The notes: generated by a model not told the origin, from the sequence alone. A stretch of 63,924 nucleotides of DNA, filler included, from Atractiella rhizophila (GCA_021432655.1; 6 parts of 5 records of this genome joined end to end with filler, not necessarily neighbours in it), one strand, 5' to 3'. Counted from the first letter of the whole stretch, positions 39,738 to 52,802 are shown. Numbers and translations are program-made.

Positions 39738-42700
39738 TTAGAGACATCGAATTGGTAGCGGTACATGCGCAGCTGAGCAGAGAGGGCCACAAACCGCGCG
39801 CACAGAAGCGGATCTGCAGGTAGGTGCCCAAACTTCATTGTAATCCACCCCTTCTTTCTGCTGATCTCCCCGTACAACCAGGCGCGCTTTGTACTTGATG
39901 ACGTTCCCCTCCGGATCCCTCTTGATCAACAGTACCCACTTCACTCCAAGCGGTCTCCTTCCAGAAGGCAAAGGTACCGTTCCGCCAGTCCAGGTTCCAG
40001 TCGCTTCGAGGGCTGCTATCTCCGCGATCATTGCTGCAATCCAATGGACACGATCGGGTCCATTGATGGCAGCGTTGAAGGTGGGTTCGTCCATATTACC
40101 CGTCCAATACACCTCCCCTTCTTCCTCTCCATCCGCGACATTCGATTCGGTTGTGTTGATGAAAGTATCCGGTCTCTCCTCCAGTTCCTGTCTGAGAGCA
40201 TCGATGCATGTTCGCATGTCCACCGGCCCCCCGTCTTCGAGCGACTTCACCCAGTAAACCCCTCGTTCGTGTAGGCGTTTATAATCCCATTCTCGTTTCT
40301 GCCTGCGTAACTGACGGTATGGTGAAAAGTGAATCTGTCGTTCCCTTTCGTCCTGTTCGCGACGTATAGATCCCTCGATCTGCTGAACTCGTTGGCGGAC
40401 CGTGACGTCCTCCTCCTCCGTCCTCCTCCTCACGTCCTCCTCTGGGGCCATAGCGGGTTCTGTATCCCTCGTAGGCATTTGTGGATTTGGTAAGTGTCTC
40501 ATCGCTAGGGTTGGTGATGGTGGTGCTGATTGTTCTGCAGGGATAATCGGTTCTTGTCGCTTCGTTGGCTCAGGGACCCGTTTCCCTCCAAACTCCCCCT
40601 CCACATCACCATCTCTTGACGATCCTGCTCCACCGCCGCCGTAGATGAGGGGAAAGAAGTCTTCAGGCTGGGCAGCACGGATCAGGTCTGTTTCTTCGTC
40701 CGTCCTACCAGTGTAGAACTGATCTTCAAAGAATGTAGCCGATCTTGATTCCACTATGCGTCTCTTTTCTGGGTGCCAGAATCGCCAACCATACCCATCC
40801 TCCACGTACCCTACAAAGTACATCCGCGTCGCCCTTGGTAACAGTTTCGAGACCCTCTGCTCAGGCATGGTTGTGACTGCAGCCAAGCATCCAAATACTC
40901 GTAAGTGTTCGACGTCTGGTTTCTTCCCATGAAATGCTTCATACGGTGATTGACTTCCTTTATTGGCTTTGGTCGGCATTATATTCTTCATCCTTACGGC
41001 CACCTTGAGAGCCTCGTACCAAAGAAAAAGTGGGAGACCAGACTCAAGCAGTATGCAACGAACGATGTTGAACAGGGTGTACCATTGACGTTCCCAAAGA
41101 CCAGCCTGATCGTGTGAATATGCCAGTGTCTTCATCGAAGAAACGTTGTGTTGTTTGCACCATTCTTCAACTGCCCGTGAGGTAAATTCCAATGCATGGT
41201 CGTGTCGAATCGTACGCAGATCTACCCCTTTCTCTCGCTTCACCGCCATCCTGATTTCCTCCAATCTGGACAATGCCTCCGACTTGAGCTTCATCCCTCC
41301 TACAACCATGTATCGAGTAGCCTCACATGTCACGCCAAAGACATATCGAAAACCTTGGAGACTCTGCACGCTAGCAGGTCCCCAGGTGTCGAACCCCAAA
41401 GTCCTCCCTGGAACGTCATCTCTCACTGGTGCAGGCGCACGGCTTCGAACGTATCGAGCTTTCCCCCGGGCACATACGATGCACTGATTCACCCGATTCT
41501 CATTGCATTTTCGTAACAAATTCGAAGATAAGAGACCATTTTTCAACGCAAGCTTCAAGCGCTCATTACTTGGGTGACCTAGCCGTTGGTGCCACGTACG
41601 AATCGGCACTGCGATGAGAGTGGAGGGATGAGAATCGATCGAGGACAAAGGTGGAGAGGACAGGGTGGGGGATGGAGGGATGAAACTCGCCTGAAGGGTA
41701 ACCAATCCACGCTCGAAGACAGCCTCGCCAAACATCCTTCCATCCCTCCCATGGAAATACATCTTGCGGGTGTCGTTAGTAACCGTCACGCCCTGTTGCA
41801 TCAAGATGGTCGGTGCGAGCAAATTCACCCCAAGGCTCGGAGCGTAGTAGACGTTGGTGAACGTTCCAGTGGTCCTTCTCCCACCTGACAGCGTAAACAC
41901 TGCAACGAGATTTCCTACCCCTATCGCTCTCCCCATGCTCCCAAAAGCCCCCTTGATGACAATAGGTCGCTCCAACTCTCTATATCCGTGCAGGAGTTCT
42001 CTGTCCACCGTGAGATGAAAAGACGCTCCCGTGTCGACGTAGAAAGGAGAGTCCGCCGCAACTGATTCTCCAATGAACATTGCAGTCACAACGTCTGCTT
42101 GGTCCGTGAGGGAGGGAGGATTTGAGTCGGAATCCGTGTCCTGAGCTCCATCCGTGGTGGGAGGATCGTGAGCGTTACCTGCGTCTTCTCCTTGCTCGAG
42201 AGCTTCGAATTCGTTATTCATTTGCTCGTCCCCTGGGGAGGATAGGAGGCCGGGATTGAGCAGGGCCAAATCGATGAGTGAAGCCAAAGTCCTCCTAAAG
42301 GCTCGTTGATGCTCATAGTTCGCTTCCCAGTCGCCTAGTCGTAGTAGAGTCAACTTGAAATGAAGGTCGTCCTCGTATGCATCCACCTTCTGCAACTGCA
42401 GGGTCGCTCCATCTCCTTCCATGAGTCGCTCCTTCACATGCACCAGAGTGCGGATCAGCAACGCTCTCTCCGTCCCTTCCACCACAGAGATCGACTCCCT
42501 CCTTAGTGCCTCCTCTTCCTCAGACCTACCACCCTCCATCGTCACCATGTAGGCTCCAAAGTCCACAGTTTCGAGCTCGTCATCGTAATAGTCGCTCGTG
42601 GCGAATAGGGCTTGAGGTTGTACATTCGAGATGACAGCAGAAGCATCCGAGGTGTCGTGGTCTGAGATTCTTGAGACCAAAGCCCGTCCATCTCGTTGAG

Positions 42701-43919
42701 GTAGGTTGATTCCGTAGATCTTGAAGACTCTGTTGAGAGATTTTGCCTGTTCCTCACGAGGGTGGGGACATGCTTTTCCAAAGTGGCCGTCTTGTCCACA
42801 GTTGAAACATTGTCGGTTCCCCACTCTGAATTTTCCCACTCCAGTCACTCCGTGTGGCCATTTCTCCCAGTTTGGCACTTCTCGAGCATTTGGGGCTAGG
42901 ACATTGAGCATGGAAAGGGAGCCGCTTCCATATTGTGAATTCGTCCTCCGGGTGCTTTGATTCGTCCTTTGGGATGAGGTCGATTCAGGAATGGACATGC
43001 GGTTTACAAGAGGTACGTTCGTGGCCTTGGAGTACGAATCACTCATCCTTGCGACCAACGCGATGTTTCCCCTCGAACTCCCCCTTTCCTCCTCTCTGGT
43101 CCTCAGAGCCACCTCTTCCATCGTCAGCCTCTGCACTACTGCCGCAAGGTCAGTCTGCGTCGTTCCCGTGGAGGATAGCCATCTTCTGGTTTCATCGGTT
43201 AGGCCATTGATGAGGATAAGGGCGAAGAATTGATCATTTATCTTCACAGCGTCTTGGACTTCGTGAAACTGTCTTCTTCGTTCGTGGAGCTTCGCGATCC
43301 ATTGTGACAACGGCAATTCATTTGGGTTGTGGGCGAAGTTGAGGAGTTGCTTGAGCAGGTATGCGACGTCGATAAATTCTTGTGAACCGTACTTCTCTTT
43401 CAGAATCTTCACCGCCTCTACAGGATCTTCCAGCTCCTCGATGAAAACTCTCGCTGTCTCCCCTGCCGCTTCTTTGAGTATCGACATGGCGATTGCTCTC
43501 ATCTTCTGGAAATTCGTGAGGGCCTTGATGTACTTCTCCATGTCTTCCGCCGTCGTCTCTTTAGTCACATATCCCTCTCCCTTCGCGCTCGCTGCTTGAA
43601 TTTCGGTTAAAGTGAGTCCGTCTGCTGATTGCGGATTGACAGGCTCCGTGATGATTCCTTCAAGAAGAAGTCCGACTGAGTTCTGCTGAAGGGTGTTTTT
43701 GATCCCTCGAAACCATTTCGTCGCGTTCGCCGGGCTGAGGACTGGTATCTCGTCTTTATTGATGGAAATTTTGTTTCCAATCAACAATTCAGAGCTGAGT
43801 TTCGTGGAGGATGAAACGGTGTATGGGACGCTGAAATTCGTAGGTTGAACAAGATCGTCGGTAGGAGTTTCTTGTCTAGAGACAGCTCGTCTGCCCGTCG
43901 TAGGCCCCGTTGCATCCAT
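39738..43919 (-). CDS. Copia gag-pol polyprotein (1393 aa open; RT continues in shifted frames to ~39020)
   Basis: Single intronless ORF with gag, protease, integrase and the start of RT. Confidence 0.93.
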   Translation of the reverse strand: MDATGPTTGRRAVSRQETPTDDLVQPTNFSVPYTVSSSTKLSSELLIGNKISINKDEIPVLSPANATKWFRGIKNTLQQNSVGLLLEGIITEPVNPQSADGLTLTEIQAASAKGEGYVTKETTAEDMEKYIKALTNFQKMRAIAMSILKEAAGETARVFIEELEDPVEAVKILKEKYGSQEFIDVAYLLKQLLNFAHNPNELPLSQWIAKLHERRRQFHEVQDAVKINDQFFALILINGLTDETRRWLSSTGTTQTDLAAVVQRLTMEEVALRTREEERGSSRGNIALVARMSDSYSKATNVPLVNRMSIPESTSSQRTNQSTRRTNSQYGSGSLSMLNVLAPNAREVPNWEKWPHGVTGVGKFRVGNRQCFNCGQDGHFGKACPHPREEQAKSLNRVFKIYGINLPQRDGRALVSRISDHDTSDASAVISNVQPQALFATSDYYDDELETVDFGAYMVTMEGGRSEEEEALRRESISVVEGTERALLIRTLVHVKERLMEGDGATLQLQKVDAYEDDLHFKLTLLRLGDWEANYEHQRAFRRTLASLIDLALLNPGLLSSPGDEQMNNEFEALEQGEDAGNAHDPPTTDGAQDTDSDSNPPSLTDQADVVTAMFIGESVAADSPFYVDTGASFHLTVDRELLHGYRELERPIVIKGAFGSMGRAIGVGNLVAVFTLSGGRRTTGTFTNVYYAPSLGVNLLAPTILMQQGVTVTNDTRKMYFHGRDGRMFGEAVFERGLVTLQASFIPPSPTLSSPPLSSIDSHPSTLIAVPIRTWHQRLGHPSNERLKLALKNGLLSSNLLRKCNENRVNQCIVCARGKARYVRSRAPAPVRDDVPGRTLGFDTWGPASVQSLQGFRYVFGVTCEATRYMVVGGMKLKSEALSRLEEIRMAVKREKGVDLRTIRHDHALEFTSRAVEEWCKQHNVSSMKTLAYSHDQAGLWERQWYTLFNIVRCILLESGLPLFLWYEALKVAVRMKNIMPTKANKGSQSPYEAFHGKKPDVEHLRVFGCLAAVTTMPEQRVSKLLPRATRMYFVGYVEDGYGWRFWHPEKRRIVESRSATFFEDQFYTGRTDEETDLIRAAQPEDFFPLIYGGGGAGSSRDGDVEGEFGGKRVPEPTKRQEPIIPAEQSAPPSPTLAMRHLPNPQMPTRDTEPAMAPEEDVRRRTEEEDVTVRQRVQQIEGSIRREQDERERQIHFSPYRQLRRQKREWDYKRLHERGVYWVKSLEDGGPVDMRTCIDALRQELEERPDTFINTTESNVADGEEEGEVYWTGNMDEPTFNAAINGPDRVHWIAAMIAEIAALEATGTWTGGTVPLPSGRRPLGVKWVLLIKRDPEGNVIKYKARLVVRGDQQKEGVDYNEVWAPTCRSASVRAVCGPLCSAAHVPLPIRCL

Positions 43920-43955
43920 ATCGGTCGTGGATTCGTCTTGGATCGTATAACGAGC

Positions 43956-43967
43956 CTCTCGCTACCA
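43956..43967 (-). promoter_or_regulatory. Primer binding site (likely tRNA-iMet)
   Basis: TGGTAGCGAGAG on the minus strand, 2 nt after the LTR-terminal CA; it shares the TGGTAGCG start of the Ty1 iMet PBS. Confidence 0.8.
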
Positions 43968-43969
43968 AG

Positions 43970-44213
43970 TGAGAATTTGGCTAATCGAGGGAGCTAAATT
44001 CCCCAGCCACGTACAAAACGATACGAGTAAGATAAACGGAAAGTGGTTGGGGAAAAGGAAACGAATAAGAAAGGAAGAGAAGCTTTAATAGTGCTGCAGA
44101 GCGGAGGAGTGAAATGCAAAGATAAATCCGCAATAAACAAAACATGCATAAGTTAGTGTGGTGTGTTCCAGTCTGTCGTGTCTGCTTCCCGATTCACCTT
44201 TCCATCTCCAACA
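43970..44213 (-). repeat. 5' LTR (~244 bp, TG...CA)
   Basis: The minus strand begins TGTTGGAGATGG and ends ...TCTCA immediately before the PBS. The second LTR is not visible, so the outer end is inferred. Confidence 0.7.
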
Positions 44214-44321
44214 GAGCTGAATTTTGTCTTTACCATAACCATCTTGTATTTCATTTCATAATGCAATTTACACAGGCAATTACTGTCTATTAAAAGAGAA
44301 TCGTCGTCAGTCACCTTCCAG

Positions 44322-44487
44322 CAAGCCGTACTGCCGATCGACCTACGATGCCGAAATCGTATCGGAGGCTATATCGAACGAAGCTGATTTTGAGCTACGA
44401 CTACCGATACGATACGACTACGGCTTATAAGCCGCCACGAATCGACGAGGGCCTCTCCGATACGATACGATTCGATAGCCATCCCTA
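44322..44487. mobile_element. One-ended DNA-transposon/MITE remnant (hAT-like terminus with subterminal repeats)
   Basis: CCGATACGATACGA at 44404 and 44457, inverted TCGTATCGG at 44357, ending in GCCATCCCTA (TAGGGATGGC on the minus strand). Confidence 0.45.
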
Positions 44488-45630
44488 AAGATGCAGGCGA
44501 GCCTTCCCCTTCTGGTTTAGTTTCCCTGTTGCTGTTGCCATCAAGCTATTCGGATGGCTGTTCAGTTGACTAAAACCGTATTGCTTCCTTTTCTTCCCTG
44601 CTTGTGTCTTGACGAGCTGTCATAATTCAGATTACATTTTCATGTTGCCTGCATGTGGATCATTTTTCTGACAGACATCGAAGTAGTTGCCCTCTCCCAT
44701 ACTATGTTTGAAACGCACATTTTGCTGTCACCTTGCTTGCTAACTAAGCATCAAGTTCCCTTCGCATGCACTGACCCAATCATTGCCATGTCTGACCTAG
44801 CCAATCTACACAATCTACACAGTATAAAGGTTCATCACTCGAGTGGGGCAGCACAGGCTGTCGACAACACAGACTGCAGACGGGAATTGTGGTCTATTCT
44901 TTGAGTCCTAATCGCTGCATATGTCGAGTGTTAACTGATATAATCTTTCCGTTCACTGCTATCCAGGAAGGATCAGGAGAAATTGACCAATGATAGCAGG
45001 GCGTAAAGCCTAGGTATACACATTGTATTATGGCTGCTTCGGTGCTCAGTGCTCACAGGAATGTTGCATTGTTGTCTTTAATCCAGGAGAAACATTCTTT
45101 TGCGATTGCATTTCAGGCAAAGACCAGGAAGTTTGCTGGCCAATGCTATAATACGCCGTTGAACTACCTGGAAATAGGCTTAATCCCTGGTTTTCTGTGT
45201 TTTCCCTAACGTTGTAAAGAACCACATAAAACACAAATGCAACATACCACATTCGTACTTCGACGTCTGTTCTGAACGTTTTGCTTGTATATAATCAAAA
45301 AAGCGAACTAGGTCGCCTTCTTCAGATGTAAGAGAAGTGCCCGTACTAACGTTGATGAAGGCTATCGATACAACGATAGGTGGCGTTCCACCAATGTTCG
45401 GCTTAGGGCATGTTCCTCACTGAGCTAGTTCAGATCGGTTCTACCGACTCGGCGAATTTCCCTTGCCTTCTTTACCTCTCTGAAGCAAGGTCCGTCTTCC
45501 CCCTGAGACGTGCGCCGTGCACTGGAATACAAAAGCCCTTTGCTTCTTTCAACGTCGTTTTTTTTCTGAATTCCGAATTCTGGACTTCTCTGTTGGTCAA
45601 AACCGTCACGCACCATTCCTTAAAAGCACA

Positions 45631-46808
45631 ATGCTGCACCACATTCTCTCTCTGATCCTTTTCCAGTCCGTCTTCAGCATTGAAGCACAAGGGAAGATCA
45701 TTAAGATCTACGATCCTTTGAAAGATGGAGCCAGGGTTCATCCACCCATCCTGTCACTGTCCTCACAAGCCAAAACTGGTGAATAAATGAATTTGGTGAG
45801 AACAGGTCTCCGATATTGGTAATTACAATCCCAACTTACGTCCCAAACGTTGGTTCCTCCGAATTATGACAACCTTCTCACATGACATAGATGTTTTATA
45901 CGCTGATGTGAGCAGAATACCCGAACTGCAGCGGTATCGATCAGTCGCAAGACCAAACCTTCTTCATCTCTGGTTCTGGATCTACAGCGACTTATAACTT
46001 CCACAAAGGTGCGAAATACGATCGAGCTGAGGTGCAGGGTGGAAGGGGGTATTCAAGAAAGGGATGACGTACTATATCAATTGGTAGGTTTCCCTTGCCA
46101 TGCACCGTGAGAATGAATGATAGATCTGTCATGATGCCATAGGAAGTTTTGATGACCAGGCTTCCCCAACCTGTCGATTGCACTCACCAAGATCGGGCAT
46201 GCAACGTGCAGGACAATCGAGTGTATGTTAAACCCTCTTCATTGAACCAAGTCTGGTTGAACGAGCATGAAACCACACAGTTTCCAGTTTCATCAGTATC
46301 GTGCTACAACAGCTAAACCAGCGTTCCTCAACATTCCTCTCCAATGGCTCGTCAATGACTCCGGAAAGAACTGACATATGTCAGTCCTTCTTTCGTTTTG
46401 CATTTATCCCGACCGCCACCCAGCACTCAATAGTTTATATGGTGCCACATAGTACAACAAACCTAACAACAGAGACTACGTCCTACTTTCTTACCACTCC
46501 AGCCGTCTCCAATAAATGGTACGACATCACCCTACGCATCATCACCGGACGCACCACTCAGACCGGCATCACTGAAGTATGGTTGGACGGGAAGAAGAAC
46601 ACTCTTTCCAATGGGTTGACTGTCGCGCGGGTTCCGACTTGGGACGGGGCCGTTACAGACTAAATGGTGCGAAGTCTCTGCATGATACGTTCCATGTTCG
46701 CATTAATTTGAGAAAGTAGTGGCGCGTATGGCGCCTGGATCACTCCGATTACAGTGAAAGTAGGCAAGATCATCATTACAGATCGCTACTCTGATATTGT
46801 ACATGAGA
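45631..46808 (+). pseudogene. Secreted polysaccharide-lyase-like (beta-jelly-roll) protein, apparently disrupted
   Basis: Signal-like MLHHILSLILFQSVFSIEAQG; YDRAEV; NKWYDITLRI..G..TGITEVWLDGK; TWDG..KW|GAYG. The frames do not join cleanly. Confidence 0.4.
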
Positions 46809-47395
46809 AGGCGAAGGAGGACAGTCCAGCAATCGCCCGGCGGATGGGTGCGATGATGAATGAGCATAAGAGGTTCCCCGCTGAGGATATACTTAAAGGC
46901 GTCATGGGCGACGCGAAAGGATAAGAATGAGGTGTATCAACTTCTCTCAATAAAACTGATCAATAAGAAGTTTGGACCTGAGAAGTTTCTCCGCAGCCAA
47001 TTTCCTTTCGCAGCATTATTGAGAAACGCTGGTTCATATCCACACTGGAGAAGGTCACAGAATGTGGCAATTTGATACACAGTACACAGTACACAGTACT
47101 CCTTGAATGCGCTGGTGGAAGAACGGATGCCACAGTACATTCACTCAGGATGTTGCGAAGAAGAATGTCATACGATTGATATATCTAAACTTATAATTAA
47201 ACTTAATATTCCTTTAACTTGATTTACACCTAATGGTCCAGTTCTAGTCAACTAGTAATAAAAGCGCACTGGCCTAGCCTGAAGCAAGGTCGTGGTGTCT
47301 TATCCAAACAGAGAAGAACTATTTCTATCCCATGCTAGGTTTCATGATGCCGATTCCATGTCCGGGTGTCAACTGAATAGAGACGTGGAAACGAA

Positions 47396-48336
47396 CTAAT
47401 CGTATTCCTCCTCAACCTCCCTCGTGAAGATGCCCAAGATGCCATCACTCTCATCATCTCCTTCCCCTCCCTCCCTCTCCCTCTCCCTCTCCTCCCTCTC
47501 CTTCCCCTTCCGTTCCACTATTGCCCTCCCCACTATATTGAACACTTCTTTGCTGAGCGCTCCGCCGGAAGATTCGACTACGGGGGACGTAGGAGATGTT
47601 GTGCTATGGTTGATACTGGCGGCGGTGGACGTGCCTGGAAGAGGAGGAGAGGAGGGGAAGGCGGAGGTGGAGGGAGCAGGTGGGAAGGAGGTGGAGGTTG
47701 CGGTATAAGGACGGACCCGATGCATTATGTCGACTAAGAAATCAAGGTGGTCGGCATCTTTCTCTATCTCCATCGCGTTAACAATGCATATGTGTACAAG
47801 GAGAAGAGCACCAGTCGCGCGCAGGATGTCCTCCTTGGTTATTGTTCGCCTTTTGCTTGCATCTGCGACGATGTACGCTCTCCCCGTTAGTTCGTAAATG
47901 AACACTGTGTCCCCGACGCGCTTTTAACACAGGTCTCGCATCCCACACAACTCCATTGATTCACCGTCACGAGGAAGGGGACGTACATTCGCAGGCTTTC
48001 GCGAGCAAGATGGGAACCTCTTGCGCTATCATCCGCACCTCTTCGTCCGTCTTCATCACCTTCTTGATCCTCGCCAAGGGAAGCGAAGGGTTTTTGTACT
48101 CTTCTCCAGTGAGAGGGAGGGACTCTATCTGCTCCAACGAGTGTTGCCTATGTCGTTTCATGAATAAATGAAGCAACGGCCACAAGAGTACGTTTGAAGA
48201 AAGAGACGAACCAGAAGCCATCAACCCATTCGGAGACTGAAGGAGACTCGACATACCCTGCAGCTGAGTGAACTGTGGAAGAAGGAAGGGGAAATGGAGG
48301 GGGTGAAATGCGTCGCTTCTTCGATGGGGGTGCCAT
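47396..48336 (-). CDS. NF-YC/Hap5-like histone-fold protein, multi-exon
   Basis: LPLARIKKVMKTDEEVRMIAQEVPILLAKACE|MFIYELTGRAY..KRRTITKEDI..HLDFLVDIM; N-terminal PPSKKRR NLS. Confidence 0.82.
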
Positions 48337-49033
48337 GTCTTGCCTTATTCCGTGTATCGTTGTTCTCCTTCTGCCTACTGGCTGTCCTTGAGACACACAC
48401 CATACGCTCAGTGTCCAATGCTGGGTTTGGTGAGGGATGATAGGAAATCTGATTAGCCCAAATGACCGAGAGCCGACACCGCCAGACTCAATTGGGCCAA
48501 GTTTTGAGGTTGTGGATGCGATGAATGTCAAATGGGATGTGGATCGAGGGTGGTGAAGAGAGTCGAGGCTACAGGAACCAACTGAAGACGTTGGAAGCTG
48601 GGCCATTGAGACATGCGCTGTTGGTCCATTTCATTGCTATGAAAATGACGTTGGATAAAGGTGTTCCTTCTGCATCCTTTCGCTGCAATTGTTCCGGCAG
48701 AGTCATCAAATACTCCGGAAGAAGGCACTGTCCTAGTTTTCTTCTTCTTGAGGAAACTCAGCGCCAGCGAGAGGTAGCTCTCAAATGCAGTGGAGCGGTT
48801 TCCTGATCTCGCTCTCAAAATGGTCTGTAAGAATCTTTCTACTCGGTGGCGGAATCTGTACCCATTTTCTCTTTCTCAACTTGAGCAAATTTGGGGACCT
48901 AAAGAACTGCAGGATAAATTTACGTTAGCAGTGACCTGCTCCCGTTATGTTCTAGATGGCGCTTGAGCAGCGGGCGATTTACATCTCGATATCCCGCTAG
49001 AGGTAGTTCCTAATTCCTCCCTCTCTCCAGTCC

Positions 49034-49400
49034 ATGGAAAAAAAAAAGCAAAAAACCCCTCCCTCCTTCCCGCAAAACCTAAAAAACCCAGAAGGTGAAG
49101 CAACTCCCTCCTTCCCCCAAGTGCCCTTTCCAATTCCGCCCACGGAAGAATTTGGCCAAAAAACAACCCGCCCCGCCCAAACCAAAAAGAAACCCCTTCC
49201 CCCCGCCTCCCAAAATTCAACAAAAAAAAAAAAGGGCAAAAAAACCGGCCCCCGAAACCCAAAAAAAGGCCAAAAACGCCCCACCTTCAACTCCCCAACC
49301 CAAACCCCAAAAACGAAGGAAAAAAGAAAAAAACCCAAGGGCAAACGCAAAAACCAAAAAACTAAAAAACCAATCAAAAGAAGAAAAGGAACCTAAAACC
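49034..49400. other. Low-quality homopolymer-smeared sequence (probable base-calling artefact)
   Basis: After a long A run the sequence becomes runs of A and C with few G/T, then returns to normal complexity. Confidence 0.7.
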
Positions 49401-50527
49401 TTTGGAGTGGCCCCAAACATGATCGTTCCGAAGTACATGGTGCGAAGGGTGTAGATTTTGCGGAGGGGGAGACCTATTACATCTCTTGGTTAGCGTTTCA
49501 ATCTTATCTAATTGGAAAGAATAACAGAATATCATCGGTCAGGTCATTTAAGATGGATAACCTCCCACCATCCAACCTCCGTTGTGAAAACCCTGATCAG
49601 GCGTGTTCGGTGCGGACGAATCGTGTGCACGTCGTCTCCTTTCCGTCATTTCCACTGTTGATTATCACACTAGATGGCAATTTCGCCAATATGGCAAGAC
49701 CGAAGATTCTGATATGGTGGGAATACCCCTTCAATTCATGGTGGACCCGTATGGAAAGACATTGACATATGTCCGTAACCGTCCCTTCATTGACTACATC
49801 CTAATACGAGATAGCAGTATAACAAACCGACTCAATCAGAATATGTCGCTCTTTGGCAAACGGAAGCTATAGCAGAGACATGGTACAGTCTCACGGTCCG
49901 AATCACGACGGGAAGAACCAACGAGACTGGTATTACCGAGCTCTGGATGGATGGGGCGAAGCAAGTCCTCACTACGGGGAGTACAGTTGCGCGTTGTCCA
50001 ACATGGGATGGAGCTGTAACTGAGCCCAAGTGGTATTATGCTCGCCTTGGTCAATGAAAAGAGGCTAATGAGATTGAGGGCGACAGGGGATCGTACGGGA
50101 TGTGGCAGACTCCTGTCACGATCAGTGTGGGAAAGATTACGATTTCAGACAGTATCGACGAGGCGCTCGTTCAGAAACTTCTCGATGGAATCTCCTTTCG
50201 TACTGAAGAAGTTCTGGGAGGTTTGATACCCAAGATTTCGCCACCTAATTTGGTGGGGAATTCCCTTTGATGTAGGAGGTATTTCCTCCCACGCGGTCTG
50301 AAGACTTATTTCTGCCTCAACATAGGCATAATACGTGACAAAATGCGAAGAGTCTATCTCTCTCCTAGCCGTCTGAATCTAGAACTCTGTAATTAGGTAC
50401 CTGGAGGCACAAAAGCTAGGTGCATTGGTACTGAACACTCATGAAATATTTGACATCCTCAACTACCATAGGTCTAAAATCCGATTAAAGCTAACAGTCA
50501 TGGTCGATATGAACAAATCCTCCGCCC

Positions 50528-51581
50528 CTATTCCTTCTTGCCTTCTGTGACCTCTACACTAAAGTCCCAAACCAACTTCCGTATCCTTTCATCAACGTGT
50601 TTATTCTCAGTACCCAGTTCAGCTTTGTCGTTCAAGCTCCAGGCTCCTTTGCTCCACGCCTCCTCACTTGACCAAGGACGGTACCACATCCATTCCGCCG
50701 CCTGCTCTATGCTCCTCGCGAACGGTTTGAAGAGAGGTCCGATAAGCGTGACTGCTCGGGGGAGGCCATTCATGATTGGTGTCCAGACGAAGCCGGGGAG
50801 GATGTGGAATGCTGAGATGGAGGGATAGCGGCGAGAAAATTCCTGTTACGAAGCAGTCGCGCGTCAGTTGTCGTCTCGAGGAAGAGGAAAGGCATACAGA
50901 AACCATGATGTCGTTATACGTGATTGCTGTCCCTGCCGCATTTTTCAAAGAGTAGTTCTTCTCAAGTCCAAGATCTTCCTCAAATACCTTCCCACCGCGT
51001 CCGGCACCATCTAGGATGGAAATGAGTGAGGCTTTCTCCCCTCTCTTCGCTGCCTCGTCGACCAAATCTATCAGATCGTATGCGAACCGGAAACGAGAAA
51101 AGTAATGTAGTTGGAGCTTATAATCCAGCCCGTCCTTCGTAGGTGTGTATCCTTGCATTGTCAAGAGCCCTGGAGAAAGTACGAGGAAGTTGATCTTCTC
51201 TAATCTCCCTTTCAAGTCCTTGGTCACCTCTCGGACTTGGGTCAAGTCGGCAACGTCGCACTTGACGAATTCCGCCTTTCCCTCTTCGTGTTTGGGCCAG
51301 CTTTGCATTATCTGTTTCGCTTTCTCTTCGTTCCGTCCAAGCAGAATGATGTGCGCTCGCCCTCCGGTCTGTTGAGCAAGCTTGGTCGCCATTCCCTCCC
51401 CTACACCGCTCGTGCCCCCCAGAAAGAGCGATACGGGAGGGGAGGCTGGACGAAAGAGAGCGTTGGATTTGACTATGCGTTGGAAAGACATGGGAGATGG
51501 CTGGAAGTAGTAGTATGTGACCGTAGAGAGGACGAGAGGGAGAATGGCGTAAGTGGCGAATTTACGAATGGACGTCGACAT
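50528..51581 (-). CDS. Short-chain dehydrogenase/reductase (NAD(P)-binding), one intron ~50846-50900
   Basis: LFLGGTSGVGE, ILLGRNEEKA, CDVADL, INFLVLSPG, LHYFSRFRF, HILPGFVWT. Confidence 0.88.
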
Positions 51582-52802
51582 TTGCTGCCCTCTGCAAGAG
51601 CCAGCTCCTTTTGTAGGTCGAGAGGAATCTGAAGCGAGATGCCAGGTCAGCTCGGCACGGTCATGCTATGGATGGTCCATCGAGTGGAGCTCAAGTCAAA
51701 CTTTGTGGCTCCACTTCGTGTAAGAAAGGTCTGAACTTGAGTGCTCGCCTGCCACTTCTGCCCTTCCATTGTCCATCACCACACCACCATGATTGTGCGG
51801 TTTTCTTGACTTACGGATTGCTTTGCTAATCGTAACTCTCCTGGGCACATTCAACTAAAAATAATTTTGACAGCTTCGTACAGGCGGAGCTGTACTTGCG
51901 GAGTACCTCTTAAGAGATCCCAGGGACGGTGTAGCAAATTTGGAGGCGGATAGCGTACGCACTTCCTTGTGTTCATTAAATCTGTCATTGGAGCGTGAAA
52001 GTGCATGACTGCCTGAGGGTTCGAAATTCTTCAGCTTCTCATATGAAAGTGGAGTGTTGCGCTAATCATTTTCCCATGAAGTTGCTGCTTCAACCTTCAA
52101 GGGTGATTTATCTCCGTTGAAAAATACTTTGAACATGCCAAGCTACTGCGAAAGAGCGAATAAGGATTTTCGATAACATGTCGTGAAGTAAAGCAAGACG
52201 GCTTTACCTCACTTGTCCACGTGAGTGTCATGAGATTTGCCATCAGAATCAATGCTTCTTGTGTCCTGTCGCGTGAGGCATCAGCTGGATCGGTGGGTAC
52301 TGTAAGAAACTGCCAGAACCGCAGGCGCCTTTACCCCTACACCGTCGTACTTTGAGACGCACAAGTCGGCATTCCTATGCTTTATGCTTTAGGTAGCAGC
52401 ATGACACTGCTGGAGTCGGCGTCCAGCCATGGCATAAGCGTTTCCACCACCCTCATCCTCCTCTTTAGGTGCAACAATAGCCTATCTCCCGAGTCCTGGC
52501 GTGTGGAAGTGGAAAGAGGGGAGAGCGAGTAAACATAGCGTCACCGTGCTGCCGCAACCCCCGATCCTCCAGAAGTATTCAATCAGTCGAGCAGCGTAGG
52601 CATGATCCACCGAACTGAGATCGGTGAGTTCTATCAGGGGGAGTTTGAGGCTGAGCTTGAAGCAGGGCATAAATAGGATCATGGCTGATAGCAAGGTACT
52701 CAAGTCTGTCTTTTTCGACGTGGGAAGTGGTGTTTGGCCTTTACGAGCTGCAGATCCGCCTCTTCAACGTTCTACTTTCTACCGCTTTCTTTCAACCCGA
52801 AG

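Larger units (their letters stand above)
39016..44213 (-). mobile_element. Ty1/copia LTR retrotransposon (3' end lost in the gap; RT frameshifted)
   Basis: Copia domain order: gag zinc knuckle [14 protein letters not shown], protease VDTGAS, WHQRLGH..CIVC, integrase [66 protein letters not shown]. Confidence 0.96.

Noticed and set aside
47077..47100. Short tandem repeats such as (ACACAGT)3, (CCAGA)n at ~33767 and (ATATCATCC)n at ~57430
   Set aside because: Ordinary micro/minisatellites with no spacers or associated genes.
47308..47317. ACAGAGAAGA resembling the U6 snRNA box
   Set aside because: The flanking U6 sequence (TTAGCATGG etc.) is absent.
48945..49454. Lys/Pro-rich and Phe/Gly-rich ORFs in several frames
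   Set aside because: They arise from homopolymer-smeared low-quality sequence that lacks stop codons; not credible proteins.
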